Source: Marsupella aquatica
Taxonomy: Eukaryota > Plantae > Marchantiophyta
NCBI GenBank assembly: GCA_973895155.1
Contig: OZ316891.1
Coordinates: 5,489,708 to 5,553,707 of the forward strand
Direction of reading: 5' to 3'
Length of the DNA: 64,000 nt
The notes below the pieces were generated by a model. That model was not told the DNA's origin and did no database searches. It saw nothing but the letters and a program-made list of their open reading frames with translations. Shown here piece after piece: positions 63,568 through 64,000 of this stretch. Position 1 is the stretch's first letter. Each line of letters begins with the position of its first letter. The position numbers and the translations under genes are program-made.

Positions 63568-64000
63568 GTATGAATTCTACCCTGTAATTCCATGCACTTG
63601 AACTTTGGATCGTGCCTTTCCGAGGACAAGAGCATGAAGTTTCCTTTGACTAAAAAGAGAGGAAAGTTCTTGCAATGCTGCGCTTGTGGTAGCCAGATGG
63701 CCACGGATACAAGGAAGAGGGAAAGACAGGGAAAAATTTATGATGTCATTTTCATGTCAAGTTATTCGCAAAATTTCCTTAAAATGTCTTAACCCGAAGA
63801 AGTTGTTTAAGATTTACGAGTACATCCGGGATACAATTTTTTTATGAAAGGGTTTTAAATCCTTGCTCTATTCTTGGAAGGGTGTGCTTCAATCTTGTCA
63901 TGTTCTTTTTCATTCTTCTATTTACAAAGATCAGTGACAATATGGTGCAGCTATGGATGTTACTTGTGTCTTCAGCATGAGAAATTGTGTTAATAAGTTC

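Overview
Eukaryotic land-plant DNA with GT-AG introns and plant-type genes, most likely a bryophyte-grade plant (species not determinable from sequence). Host genes: a PAP2/PAP9-type purple acid phosphatase, an intronless plastid-type dehydroascorbate reductase, a head-to-head pair of At3g19000-like 2-oxoglutarate/Fe(II) dioxygenases, and the 5' part of a protein-L-isoaspartate methyltransferase (PIMT). These are interspersed with two decayed PIF/Harbinger elements, a nested 874-bp TIR element, LTR-like segments, short LINE 3' fragments and tandem repeats. The most unusual region is about 38.4-50.6 kb. It holds a decayed but readable spliced gene that appears to fuse a ParB/Srx-like domain, a bacterial-type beta-class DNA amino-methyltransferase (DIPY ... 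QKP ... DLCAGSG) and a Ulp1/C48 SUMO protease. Beside it lie an F-box-like ORF, orphan ORFs, a second convergent ParB-like gene, and three arrays of a 45-bp palindrome (core GGGATAC-N3-GTATCCC, about 89-bp period), two inside introns and one just upstream of a splice acceptor. No transposase was recognised inside that block, so its element class is unresolved. All domain calls are from manual motif recognition; no searches were run.
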